Notes: generated by a model from the sequence alone, not told the origin. A DNA stretch of 64,000 bases from Gammaproteobacteria bacterium (GCA_963854625.1 CAWKZY010000005.1:10028-74027), one strand, 5' to 3'; shown: positions 36,884-47,275, counted from the stretch's first letter. Numbers and translations: made by a program.

Positions 36884-37567
36884 ATGCAAAACCTTAAAAT
36901 CTTCTTATTTCTCCTACTATTGCCTCTGTTTGCCACTAGCCAAGCCGCGGAAGAAACGGTGTTCCTCAATGATGATGTCGCCATCAAACTCTATTATTTT
37001 GCCCCTGCAGCAGAATTTGAAACCCCACGACTGGCAATCCTGCTCTCCGGAGGCTCAAATGACGAATACATGGCTCAAGCTCAATATTGGATCGGCAAGG
37101 AGATGGTCAACAGAGGTTGGGCTATAGCGGTGCCAATTTCTCCGAAAGGAAGAAAGTATTTCGTTGAGAATACCGCTGCCCTTCCCAAACTTGTTGATTT
37201 CATCCATGCCAGTCATGACCTCGATCCTAGCAAGCCACTCTTAGTGGGGGTGTCTGGTGGCGGCAGTGCTGCTTTAGCGATCGCAGCCCAATCTCCGTCT
37301 CTTTATGCGGGAGTGATTGCGACACCTGGGCGCATCTGGAACCCATCAAAGTTCAAAGACCTCGATGGACTCCCCGTTTACCTAAGAATTGGTGAAAATG
37401 ACAGCTTCCGATGGAATAAGCAGCTTCCTAGCATGGTGGATGTGCTTCATAGCGCCGGCGCCAACGTTGATGCAGCACTGATGGCTGGCGAAAAACACAT
37501 ATTTGAGCTGGATTGGGAAAACTTTGATGCCTGGCTGGAAAAGTTGCAACAGCCCTTAACTCAGTGA
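36884..37567 (+). CDS. Secreted alpha/beta hydrolase (carboxylesterase/dienelactone-hydrolase-like)
   Basis: Start taken at MQNLKIFLFLLLLPLFATSQA (signal peptide). GVSGGGS matches the GxSxG nucleophile elbow. Confidence 0.7.
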   Translation: MQNLKIFLFLLLLPLFATSQAAEETVFLNDDVAIKLYYFAPAAEFETPRLAILLSGGSNDEYMAQAQYWIGKEMVNRGWAIAVPISPKGRKYFVENTAALPKLVDFIHASHDLDPSKPLLVGVSGGGSAALAIAAQSPSLYAGVIATPGRIWNPSKFKDLDGLPVYLRIGENDSFRWNKQLPSMVDVLHSAGANVDAALMAGEKHIFELDWENFDAWLEKLQQPLTQ

Positions 37568-37597
37568 CGACTGCTGCGGCTTGAAAAACGTTTTACG

Positions 37598-37957
37598 CTA
37601 GTAACGATCTTTCTCAACCCAGTAATTGCTTACCACCCCGTCCACAAACTCGATTGACAAGGTTTCAACTCGTTCTGATTCAATATCCACTGAGAAGACG
37701 AGGAAAAGACTAACTTCTGTGTCTTTTTCGGATCGATTTCGGTATTTCCAAATTTCAGACCCATCAGCATAGTTCAACTTGGACACTGGCTCTCCAAAAG
37801 AATTTCGCACCCATTCTTGGCCACTGCTGCCTAACTCAATCCTAGTAACGTCGCCGTCATCCCAAACCGTATGGATTGGTTTTGAATCTGAATCGACTGT
37901 AACCAAACACCCAGTGAGCGCTAAACCCACCGCCATTGCTATTATGCTTTTAATCAT
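37598..37957 (-). CDS. Small lipoprotein (BamE/SmpA_OmlA-like fold possible)
   Basis: 119 aa with lipobox LTGC. G.S…V…FGEP……DGSEIWKY resembles the SmpA/OmlA domain pattern. Confidence 0.45.
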   Translation of the reverse strand: MIKSIIAMAVGLALTGCLVTVDSDSKPIHTVWDDGDVTRIELGSSGQEWVRNSFGEPVSKLNYADGSEIWKYRNRSEKDTEVSLFLVFSVDIESERVETLSIEFVDGVVSNYWVEKDRY

Positions 37958-38183
37958 TCCTTTTATCCTTCGTTGACCTTATCAAGTAGCAAACTAAAAG
38001 CTGGATCTACCAGCCTATCTCTATAGAGACGCTGCACCGCATAAATAGTTACAGTTCAGATGCGGCACTATAACCAAGTTTTTCTGAATCAAAGATTAAC
38101 GAAAGCCGCTTATTGTCGAAAACATCATATAATATAAACGAAGGCGTCCTTATAGCCGACCAAAAAACATCAAATGGAATTAC

Positions 38184-39137
38184 ATGCTCTCTAAATTCAA
38201 CCAACTTTTCCCACTTATGGCAGCCTTGCTTTCAGTCATGGCATTCTTCTCAAGCGGATTCTTCTCAGCTTTTGAATCCAGCATTATTCCTTTGTTAGGG
38301 CTGGTTATGTTTCTAATGGGATTAAATCTCAAAACAAATGACTTTCTACAAATCATTAAAGAACCCAAACCAGTATTGGTTGGGGTGGCCCTGCAGTTTG
38401 TATTAATGCCAGTACTCGCTCTGACTTTGTCCGCTATGCTCCAGCTCTCAAATCAGTTGACCGTGGGCATGGTATTGGTTGGCTGCTGCGCCGGCGGCAC
38501 CGCCTCTAATGTGATTTGCTATTTGGCCAAAGGTGAGCTCGCCCTATCCATAAGCATGACCTTAGCATCTACCTTGGTTGGCGTTATCCTCACCCCTGCG
38601 CTAGCGACCTTTTATCTCTCTGAGTCGGTCAGCGTAGATATTCTTGGCATGTTATTAACGATGCTTAAGATAGTCCTACTCCCTCTGATCATAGGAGGTG
38701 CTCTCAATCACTTTGCCCCAGCCAAAGTAGCGAGCATTGAATTCCTTCTCCCTTCGATTGCCATCACCTTAATACTAATGATTATTTCGATCATAGTTGC
38801 ACTCAACGCCCAGCGGCTAACCGACATCGGAATGGTGACTATGTTGGCGGTAGTTTTACATAACTTAGGCGGCCTGATGGGCGGCTTTTATATTAGTCGG
38901 TTGTTCGGATTCGACGTAAGAAGAAGCCAAACCATTGCCATAGAAGTTGGTATGCAAAACTCAGGGCTGGGGGTAGCATTAGCTCTTCAGTATTTCTCTG
39001 CCACGGCAGCCTTCCCTGGTGCTCTTTTCAGCGTTTGGCATAATATTAGCGGCTCGTTATTGGCATCACATTGGAGTAAGAAAAGAAGCTCCCTGGAATA
39101 TGTTTTGCAAGATGAGCTCGCCCCAATTGAACGGTAA
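38184..39137 (+). CDS. Bile acid:sodium symporter (BASS/SBF-like) family transporter
   Basis: 317 aa with about 9-10 TM segments. GCCAGGTASNVICYLAKG and EVGMQNSGLG are characteristic BASS blocks. Confidence 0.8.
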   Translation: MLSKFNQLFPLMAALLSVMAFFSSGFFSAFESSIIPLLGLVMFLMGLNLKTNDFLQIIKEPKPVLVGVALQFVLMPVLALTLSAMLQLSNQLTVGMVLVGCCAGGTASNVICYLAKGELALSISMTLASTLVGVILTPALATFYLSESVSVDILGMLLTMLKIVLLPLIIGGALNHFAPAKVASIEFLLPSIAITLILMIISIIVALNAQRLTDIGMVTMLAVVLHNLGGLMGGFYISRLFGFDVRRSQTIAIEVGMQNSGLGVALALQYFSATAAFPGALFSVWHNISGSLLASHWSKKRSSLEYVLQDELAPIER

Positions 39138-39680
39138 AATCAATCTTTAGGCGAGTTAGCCCACTACCCGCCTGACCTGACAAATCCCAACCCGCCCATG
39201 TCTAAAAAAGTTAAATCTCTGTTGGTGGCGGCTGTGCGGAAGCCTGCTAAGGAAATGTGGTGAAAAAGTCACAGGTGACCTTTTCCTCTCGTCTATCTCA
39301 TAACTTCTTCATTAATTTGCAGCTTATTCTCTCCCAGCCTCTCTCTTTACTCCTTTTCTTTCTTTTCTGCTTTTGTTGCCAAAAGTAATAGCGGCACTAG
39401 CAATCCCCTTTGTTTCTGTTCAATACAGCGCAAACAGATCAATAAAGGCAGATCATGGCCCAACAACCCTTCCTTTTTAAGTGCAAAAAATCAACCTCCC
39501 TTCCTTGCATGACAGCCCTTTTGTTCAACCGCTAAGTGCGCTCACAGACCTTTCCAATCGATGAGCCACATAGCGATTTCAATGGTGACGTGCTAAAATT
39601 TTTAGGCCTTAAACTGATCTCAACAAGTGGCTTAAAAGTCACGAGGACAGCGATTATCCGCTAGCTAAGCTTTTTGCTAG

Positions 39681-40043
<363 letters not shown>

Positions 40044-40059
40044 AAGAGTAGTATAATCG

Positions 40060-41358
40060 ATGAATAATAAAACCAAAGTATTTACGCTTTTCGCTTTAAC
40101 ACTGCTGCCTTCACTGGCATTGGCTCAAGATGAGCTATCCGGAGCAAACACCGCCTGGATCCTCACCTCAACCGCGCTCGTTCTTTTCATGACGCTCCCT
40201 GGCCTATCACTTTTTTACGCAGGCTTGGTAAGAACTAAAAACGTACTATCCGTATTGATGCAATGTTTCTCCGTAGCGGTTGTCATTTCACTGCTGTGGC
40301 TAGTTGTTGGTTATAGTATTGCGTTTGGCCCATCCGAATCCGCTTATTGGGGCGGCCTAAGTAAAATGTTTTTCAACGGCGTAGTCGTCGAATCGATGAC
40401 GGGTGATATTCCAGAAACGGTATTCGCCTCTTTTCAAATGACGTTCGCCATTATTACTCCGGCATTAGTCGTGGGTGCCTTTGTTGAACGTATAAAATTT
40501 TCTTCAATGCTTATTTTTAGCGTGCTGTGGACTTTAATCGTTTATTTCCCAGTTGCTAATTGGGTGTGGGGCGGCGGCTGGCTAGGACAACTTGGCTTAA
40601 TTGATTTTGCCGGCGGCACAGTAGTCCATATCACCGCTGGAGTCGCAGCGTTGGTATTCGCGATTGTCTTAGGGCCTCGAGATGGCTTCTTGAAAACGCC
40701 TATGATGCCTCACAATCTGACCATGAGCTTTACCGGCGCGGGCATGTTGTGGGTCGGTTGGTTTGGCTTTAACGCAGGCAGCGCACTTGCAGCTGACGGC
40801 GCTGCTGGAATGGCGATGCTTGTCACTCACCTTTCAGCGGCCACAGGCGCACTGACCTGGATGGTTATTGAATGGCGCAAATACGGCAAAGCAAGTGGTC
40901 TCGGTGCTATCACCGGCATGGTTGCCGGCTTAGCGACAATTACTCCAGCCTCTGGCTCAGTTGGGCCCGCCGGCGCCTTAATTATTGGCCTTACTGGCGG
41001 CGTTATTTGTTATATCTGCACTAACTACATAAAACAAAAGTTACGTGTTGATGATTCGTTGGATGTTTTCCCGGTACATGGAGTCGGCGGGATTGTCGGC
41101 ACCTTTCTCGCTGCTATTTTAGTCTCTGATAGCCTTGGCATATTTAGCGGAAATGGCTATGCACAGGGCATGACTATGGGATCTCAACTTGGCGTCCAAA
41201 TTCTTGGGATTGTCGTCGTAGCAGTTTATACAGCCGTGCTTACCTATTGGCTGATTAAGTTAGTAGGCATAATGACTAACGGCATACGTGTCACTAAAGA
41301 TGAAGAGCAGATTGGTTTGGACATCACCGACCATGATGAACAAGGCTACTCTATGTAA
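40060..41358 (+). CDS. amtB: Ammonium transporter
   Basis: 432 aa. DFAGGTVVHITAG and VHGVGGIVG are Amt signatures. Confidence 0.9.
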   Translation: MNNKTKVFTLFALTLLPSLALAQDELSGANTAWILTSTALVLFMTLPGLSLFYAGLVRTKNVLSVLMQCFSVAVVISLLWLVVGYSIAFGPSESAYWGGLSKMFFNGVVVESMTGDIPETVFASFQMTFAIITPALVVGAFVERIKFSSMLIFSVLWTLIVYFPVANWVWGGGWLGQLGLIDFAGGTVVHITAGVAALVFAIVLGPRDGFLKTPMMPHNLTMSFTGAGMLWVGWFGFNAGSALAADGAAGMAMLVTHLSAATGALTWMVIEWRKYGKASGLGAITGMVAGLATITPASGSVGPAGALIIGLTGGVICYICTNYIKQKLRVDDSLDVFPVHGVGGIVGTFLAAILVSDSLGIFSGNGYAQGMTMGSQLGVQILGIVVVAVYTAVLTYWLIKLVGIMTNGIRVTKDEEQIGLDITDHDEQGYSM

Positions 41359-41390
41359 CTTTTATTTAGCCTCTAAAGCAGTTAAAAAAA

Positions 41391-41414
41391 GGCCGGGGGT
41401 TCCCGGCCTTTTTT
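41391..41414 (+). terminator. Rho-independent terminator after amtB
   Basis: GGCCGGG-ggtt-CCCGGCC followed by TTTTTT, and preceded by an A-run so possibly bidirectional. Confidence 0.8.
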
Positions 41415-41529
41415 ATGCCCGCAACAAAAAATCTAAACAAACTTCTGCCGCCACATAAGGGTAAATGGTGTCTGCAGTTAATTTTCCACCAGCTGCGTTT
41501 TTGTTCTTCGTCCAACCTCATTACATCGA

Positions 41530-41964
41530 CTATAGCGCTTTCTTAAGAGTCGTAATTGCATAGACCAATTTGTTTCCCGCCATATCCGTAAAATGTGTCG
41601 CAACTAAGCAGGTGCTTCGACCCTCTTTGATGAGTTCACCTTTGAGGAGAAAACGCGGACCTAGAACCGGGGCAAAATAGTCGATTCGCATATTCACAGT
41701 CGAAGACCATTTGAATTCCGACTCCTCCGTGAAAAGCGTGCGAACCGTATAGATTGAAATCATATCTACATAGGTACCAGTAAACCCGCCAAAAAGTTGA
41801 TCCCTGGGATTAAGTAAGTGATCTGGCAGATGCACATCAACTTCCACTAACCCTCGCTCTTCAGTTAATATTTTCCATTTATATGATTCGACTAGGTCAC
41901 CCGCACTGTGACCTGGCTTCATAAATATAGGCGTCTCTTTATCTACCTTAACTTCTCCCGACAT
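41530..41964 (-). CDS. PaaI/hotdog-fold thioesterase family protein
   Basis: 144 aa. …NPRDQLFGGFTGTYVDM… and the overall length fit PaaI-type thioesterases. Confidence 0.55.
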   Translation of the reverse strand: MSGEVKVDKETPIFMKPGHSAGDLVESYKWKILTEERGLVEVDVHLPDHLLNPRDQLFGGFTGTYVDMISIYTVRTLFTEESEFKWSSTVNMRIDYFAPVLGPRFLLKGELIKEGRSTCLVATHFTDMAGNKLVYAITTLKKAL

Positions 41965-42235
41965 TTCAGCTCCTTTGAGGGATAAAATAGTTTAGAGAAG
42001 CTTAACACGGCGGAAGTTTAAACTGCTGCATCCAATGCCGTGCTTAATTTTAATGCTGCAATGTGGACAGCTGAACTAACCGCTCAATTGCTAATCAGTC
42101 ACATCAAAATTTTCAGACTAAAAACCCAAAATTTTCGTGGTTTCAACCAACAACAGTGGCGAGAAGCTTCAGTTTGCCTTCAAGAATCACCTCAATCATT
42201 AAATTAACCTATTGATAAATATCAGCAATATTAGT

Positions 42236-42251
42236 TGGCAAGCTTATTGCT
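42236..42251 (+). promoter_or_regulatory. Candidate sigma-54 (-24/-12) promoter
   Basis: TGGCAA-gctta-TTGCT matches TGGCAC-N5-TTGCW with exact spacing, 70 nt upstream of the ATG at 42321. Confidence 0.55.
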
Positions 42252-42320
42252 AACATCTAATAAGAAGCAAGATTATCTAGGGCTAAAACCCAAAACTGAC
42301 AAAAAATAAAAGGGAGCATC

Positions 42321-42827
42321 ATGCGCACAACGAATCACACCTTCCGGCTTGGGGCCGCATTAGTACTAGCAATATTACTGAGCAGCTATTTATTGGACGT
42401 AAATGCCGACGCGACTGAAATTCAAGACATTTCAAAAATCAGCAGCTGTATTCATGTTGAAGAAAACAAGCGCGTCGTGAATGGTGGAATCAGAATTCAA
42501 TGTGGGGCCATCGCGTCTCAAATTGGCACAGTGAATGGCGGTATTGATATCGAAGATGACGCTGAAATAGATTCAGCTGAAACTTTGAACGGAGGTATTG
42601 ATGTTGGCGGAAATGTGACTATCAATGGCTCACTGAGAACAGTGAGTGGCGGAATTAAAACCAATTCGGGCACAGTCATTCGCGACGACGTGGTAACGGT
42701 CAATGGCAAGACACGCCTGCGAAACACGCTGGTAAATACGGTAGTTCAAACCTCTAATGATGATATTGAAGTCCACTCTGGTAGCACCCTCGAGGGCGAC
42801 ATCATTGTTAGATCGCGATCTTCCTAG
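42321..42827 (+). CDS. Secreted NGGI-repeat (beta-helix-like) protein, apparently truncated by in-frame stops
   Basis: 168 aa with a signal peptide. Repeated VNGGIRI / VNGGIDI / LNGGIDV / VSGGIKT / VNGKTRL units. The same frame continues with coding-like sequence to 42977 after TAG (42825) and TGA (42855). Confidence 0.6.
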   Translation: MRTTNHTFRLGAALVLAILLSSYLLDVNADATEIQDISKISSCIHVEENKRVVNGGIRIQCGAIASQIGTVNGGIDIEDDAEIDSAETLNGGIDVGGNVTINGSLRTVSGGIKTNSGTVIRDDVVTVNGKTRLRNTLVNTVVQTSNDDIEVHSGSTLEGDIIVRSRSS

Positions 42828-43142
42828 CTTGGACGGCTATTTAACAGCATCCGTTGACCTAACGATCTTATTATTAATCCAGACTCAATTGCCGGTTGGG
42901 ATATTCACCTCTACAAAACAGTAAATCTTAGGATAGATTCAGGTACGCAAGTGGGCCATATCATCGAGCACTTTTAGTAAACTCAGCGTAGGCACTAGGA
43001 GAACATAAGGTGAGATGAAATAAGCGATATAAAAAATGAAGCAAGAGAAGAACAAAAAATTTAAAGTTAGATGCCAGCGCCAACAAATACAAGCCGGCAC
43101 CTAACCTTTGCTACTGCAAACGCAGTAAAGACAAAGCGCTGC

Positions 43143-43745
43143 TCAATCTTCTTTTTGGTAATGACCCATAAGCATGCCCGTTGCAAGAACATGACCGTCT
43201 ATAGCTCCTAGCATCTCCTCTTTATTTAGGCCCTCTGGTAGAGCTAGCGCAGCGTCCAAAGCATACAATCTAAAGTGGTAGGCGTGAAGCTTTCCGTCAG
43301 CAGGTGGGCGGGGACCAAAATAACCTGCCCGGCGTAAACCATTGAGACCATTTATCATCCCGTCTAGTCCATCAACATCAGTTACTACAGCATCTTTAGT
43401 CAAATTGCCTGGCAGACCGTCGGCATCCGCAGGGATATTGTAAGCAACCCAATGAACAAACGGCTGAGGCATCGGCACTACCGGGTCATCTGCTACTAAT
43501 GCCAATTGAACTGTACCCTCTGGCAAATTAGACCAAGCTAGGTCAATTGAATGATTGTCCCCATAAGCACTGTAACGTTCGGGGACAGTGCCATGATGAT
43601 CAAATGCGCTACTATTTATAACTATAGTATCTTCCATTTCAGCTGCATTTAGAGTTATCGCCGTTAAGCAAGTCGCTAAATATAGCGATGCTGTAAGCAA
43701 TATTTTTGATCTTTTAAAAATGGCACTCTGACTTATGATATTCAT
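43143..43745 (-). CDS. YbhB/YbcL-family PEBP (Raf kinase inhibitor-like) periplasmic protein
   Basis: 200 aa with a signal peptide. GPRPPADGKLHAYHFRLYALD is the PEBP signature. Confidence 0.8.
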   Translation of the reverse strand: MNIISQSAIFKRSKILLTASLYLATCLTAITLNAAEMEDTIVINSSAFDHHGTVPERYSAYGDNHSIDLAWSNLPEGTVQLALVADDPVVPMPQPFVHWVAYNIPADADGLPGNLTKDAVVTDVDGLDGMINGLNGLRRAGYFGPRPPADGKLHAYHFRLYALDAALALPEGLNKEEMLGAIDGHVLATGMLMGHYQKED

Positions 43746-43785
43746 ATGTAACTCTCTTTTTGTCGTTAATAATTTTTAAAATGAG

Positions 43786-45441
43786 TTAACTTTCCGCCTT
43801 GCCGCTTACGTAGTCCGCAAGCTCTGCTCGCTCACGCAGCAGGAATTTTTGTACTTTACCGGTAGAAGTTTTATCAATAGGACCAAACACGAATTTTTTG
43901 GGTATTTTAAACCCTGCCAACTCTTCTCTGCAATAAGCCACTAGTTCACTGGCATCAAGCTCCTCACCGCTTTTCAGGCTAACAAATGCACAAGGCACCT
44001 CCCCCCATTTTTCATCCGTACTGGCGACCACTGCTGCCTCCAGAACTTTTGGATGTTTGAACAATACTGACTCCACTTCCAACGAAGAAATATTCTCTCC
44101 ACCAGAAATTATAATGTCCTTAGAACGATCCTTTATCTGAACATAGCCATCAGCATGCCATACCGCCAAATCGCCAGAATGAAACCAACCACCTGCAAAA
44201 GATGCCGCTGTAGTCTTGGAATTTTTCAGATAACCTTTCATTACCAAATTGCCCCGCATGAAAATCTCTCCCATTGTAGTGCCATCTTTTGGCACCGGCT
44301 TCAGCGATTCAGGGTCCGCTACCATAAGCTCATCTTGCAGCGGTGCTCTCACTCCCTGCCTAGCCAATAGCTCAGAACGATCATCGATACTGAGATCTGA
44401 CCAACTATCCTGCGGCGCACAAACTACACAAGGCCCATAGGTTTCAGTTAGACCATAAACATGAGAAACACCAAAGCCCATCTTTTCCATACCAGCAATT
44501 ACTGCAGCCGGCGGCGCTGCCCCTGCAGTCATGGCTGACACATGGTGTTCAATACCCGATTTTAATTCGTCAGCTGCATTGATCAAAGTATTTAATACAA
44601 CCGGCGCCCCACAAAAATGAGTGACCCGATGCTTTTTAATCGAATCAAAAATAGCCTTGTCTCTTACATGCCTTAGGCATACGCTTGTGCCAACCATAGC
44701 GGCCAAACCCCAAGGAAAGCACCAGCCATTGCAATGAAACATCGGCAATGTCCAAAGGTAAGTGGGATGAGCTACCATATTCCAGCACAATGCATTTGAA
44801 ATAGCGTTTAGGTAGGCACCCCGATGGTGAAACACCACACCTTTTGGGTCACCAGTTGTACCTGACGTGTAGTTCAACGAGATAGCCTGCCACTCATCTT
44901 TGATTTGAAAGCAGCGATAGTCCGGATCACCATTGCTGATGAACTGCTCATAATTTTTATCCGCTAACAATTCACCGCCCTCAAAATATGGATCATCAAT
45001 ATCGATCACCAATATTTCATGCCCAACTAGCGGTAACGCAGCTTTTACAGTGTCGCTATATTCCCGATCCGTGAACAGTACTTTGGTTTCAGCATGCTCC
45101 AAGATAAAAGCGATTGCCTTGGCATCCAAACGTACATTAAGGGCATTAAGTATTGCACCAGTCATCGGCACGCCAAAGTGGGCTTCGAATGTTTCGGGCG
45201 TATTCGCACCCATAAACGAGACAGTATCCCCCTCCCCAATACCGACTTTCATCAAGGCTGAGGCAAGCAAACAGCAGCGCTTATAGGTTTCTCCCCACGT
45301 GAATTGAGTATCACCGTGGATCAAGGAAAGCCTGTCAGGATAAACACTTGCAGCACGCTCAAGGAAACTTAGCGGAGTCAAAGCAGCAAAATTTGCATTG
45401 TTTTTATCTAATGATTGCTCATAAATATTATTGTCACTCAT
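43786..45441 (-). CDS. AMP-forming acyl-CoA synthetase (medium/short-chain type)
   Basis: LNYTSGTTGDPKGV (AMP-binding motif), YGLTET and GWFHSGD. Start taken at ATG 45441 (MSDNN), not the TTG four codons upstream. Confidence 0.85.
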   Translation of the reverse strand: MSDNNIYEQSLDKNNANFAALTPLSFLERAASVYPDRLSLIHGDTQFTWGETYKRCCLLASALMKVGIGEGDTVSFMGANTPETFEAHFGVPMTGAILNALNVRLDAKAIAFILEHAETKVLFTDREYSDTVKAALPLVGHEILVIDIDDPYFEGGELLADKNYEQFISNGDPDYRCFQIKDEWQAISLNYTSGTTGDPKGVVFHHRGAYLNAISNALCWNMVAHPTYLWTLPMFHCNGWCFPWGLAAMVGTSVCLRHVRDKAIFDSIKKHRVTHFCGAPVVLNTLINAADELKSGIEHHVSAMTAGAAPPAAVIAGMEKMGFGVSHVYGLTETYGPCVVCAPQDSWSDLSIDDRSELLARQGVRAPLQDELMVADPESLKPVPKDGTTMGEIFMRGNLVMKGYLKNSKTTAASFAGGWFHSGDLAVWHADGYVQIKDRSKDIIISGGENISSLEVESVLFKHPKVLEAAVVASTDEKWGEVPCAFVSLKSGEELDASELVAYCREELAGFKIPKKFVFGPIDKTSTGKVQKFLLRERAELADYVSGKAES

Positions 45442-45937
45442 AACTTCGTTCAATCCTTTTATGTTTCCTAAAGTCTATTGCCAGAATACTAGCATTATAA
45501 AGAGGGTTCACACTGCGCGTCAGGGGCTTTTTCGGTTCAACAATGGCACGCATCTGACTCCATTACTGTCGGTTGGTTGTTTTTTAACGGCAAACTTGAA
45601 CATTGCTGCAGGATATATCATTAGCGCTTTAATCCTCAACTAGCTCGGTTATTTCAGTTTAGGCTCTAACATGAGCGACGGAAGGAAAGGATGGGAGAGT
45701 GAGGGAGAAGGAAATAGAAAGATAAACAAAGAGATAGAAACCAATCCAGATTATTCATCAAGAACAACCCTTATATAGAGCCAATTGAACGGCCCAACCT
45801 AGCAACCACCGCCAAGGCTGGCCATGACGCCTGTTATTATCGCCCCGTGCCTACCGCAACTCATCTTAGCTGCGGCAAATTGACTCATCATCATTCAAAA
45901 CCAATCACTCCGACTAGGTTTGCGGTAGAATATCAAG

Positions 45938-47275
45938 ATGACAAAGATACGAGACGTATTGGGCTTCTTCAGCGACCTCACGTTGGACAACCTTGATGAG
46001 CGCAGCTCTATGCGACAGGGCTTGCAGCGGCTTCTGCTGCTGCGCTCCTTTGTAGCCGCCAGCGGCCTTGTTAGTTTCTTACTGTTTCAAACCCTTACTA
46101 CGCTGCAGGGCCCCGTGACTTTCATTTTGGGCATTGTGCTGACTAGTTTTGCATCAGTGATGTTTGGCCTTTGGAGACTCCGTGCCGCCAGCCTGATTAG
46201 TAATACCGAAGTTTTTGGACATCTGCTATTTGATGGTTTCTTCTTGGTTGTACTACTGCTCAACACTGGCGGGGCTAGTAACCCACTTATCTCATATTTG
46301 TTAGTGCTATTGGCTGTTACCGCCACCTTGCTTCCAAAACCTTATGTAAATAGTTTCGCAATTAGCAGCATCGCGATTTACACGTTTTTCATTTTTCTCG
46401 ATTTTCGAGGTGATCATCAGCCGGATATGAGCGCAGAAGGTCAGGAAATGAGCTTCCAGTTGCACTTAATTGGAATGTGGGTGATTTTCGTAGTAAGCGC
46501 AATTCTCATCAGCGTTTTTATCACTCGCATGGCGAGCACGATTAAAGTCAGAGAAGCGACTTTAGCAACCGCTAGAGAAAATGAAATACGCAACGAGCAG
46601 CTGGTTGCCATTGGCACATTAGCCGCAGGCACCGCACACGCCTTGGGTACTCCATTATCAACCATGGCCGTGCTCCTTACGGATCTGGACCGCAGCGATC
46701 TAAGCGAAATGAACATTGAGGACGTGAAAGAAGATATCTCTTTGTTAAAACAGCAAGTGACACGCTGCAAGAATTCCTTAGGGGAACTTACCCGTTACTA
46801 TAATAGGGACAGCAACGAATCTAACCTTCCGGTATTACTGTCGGCATTTAGCGCTGAGATCAAAGATTACATTACCAATATCCACCCTACCTCAGATATT
46901 AATTTTGGTACTAGCTGTGCACCCAACATAAAAATCGCATCAGATTTAAGCTTAAAACACGCCGTTATTAATATAATTGAAAACAGCATAAAGGCTGCTA
47001 ACAAAGAGGTTCAGGTGAAATTTAGCATACCAGAACCTATACGCGGCCAGCTCGAAATAGCCATCAGCGACGACGGCCCAGGGATCCCGCCTGAAGTATT
47101 AGAAAAAGTAGGCGAGCCGTTTATATCCATGCGAAAGGAAACCATGGGCATTGGTATTTTTCTTGCTAATGCTGCAGTTCAAAAACTCAGCGGCACCATA
47201 GAGCTATTCAACCTCAAGCAAGGCGGCGCTAAAACGTTGATTAAGCTTCCGCTTCCAGACGCGACAACAACATGA
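45938..47275 (+). CDS. regB: Redox-sensing histidine kinase of the RegB/PrrB/RoxS family
   Basis: 445 aa. Six N-terminal TM helices, H-box GTLAAGTAHALGTPLST, the conserved Cys-containing box QQVTRCKNSL, and an ATPase domain. Overlaps the regA start (ATGA). Confidence 0.75.
   Translation: MTKIRDVLGFFSDLTLDNLDERSSMRQGLQRLLLLRSFVAASGLVSFLLFQTLTTLQGPVTFILGIVLTSFASVMFGLWRLRAASLISNTEVFGHLLFDGFFLVVLLLNTGGASNPLISYLLVLLAVTATLLPKPYVNSFAISSIAIYTFFIFLDFRGDHQPDMSAEGQEMSFQLHLIGMWVIFVVSAILISVFITRMASTIKVREATLATARENEIRNEQLVAIGTLAAGTAHALGTPLSTMAVLLTDLDRSDLSEMNIEDVKEDISLLKQQVTRCKNSLGELTRYYNRDSNESNLPVLLSAFSAEIKDYITNIHPTSDINFGTSCAPNIKIASDLSLKHAVINIIENSIKAANKEVQVKFSIPEPIRGQLEIAISDDGPGIPPEVLEKVGEPFISMRKETMGIGIFLANAAVQKLSGTIELFNLKQGGAKTLIKLPLPDATTT

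Noticed and set aside
45678-45740. GGA-rich purine tract as a CsrB/RsmY-like CsrA-sequestering sRNA
   Set aside because: There are six GGA triplets, but the tract is almost pure purine and cannot form the hairpin loops that present GGA in Csr/Rsm sRNAs. No promoter or terminator was evident.
45671-45781. 36-codon ORF (MSDGRKGWESEGEGNRKINKEIETNPDYSSRTTLI) spanning the purine tract
   Set aside because: Its composition is dictated by the low-complexity DNA and it has no RBS, so it is unlikely to be coding.
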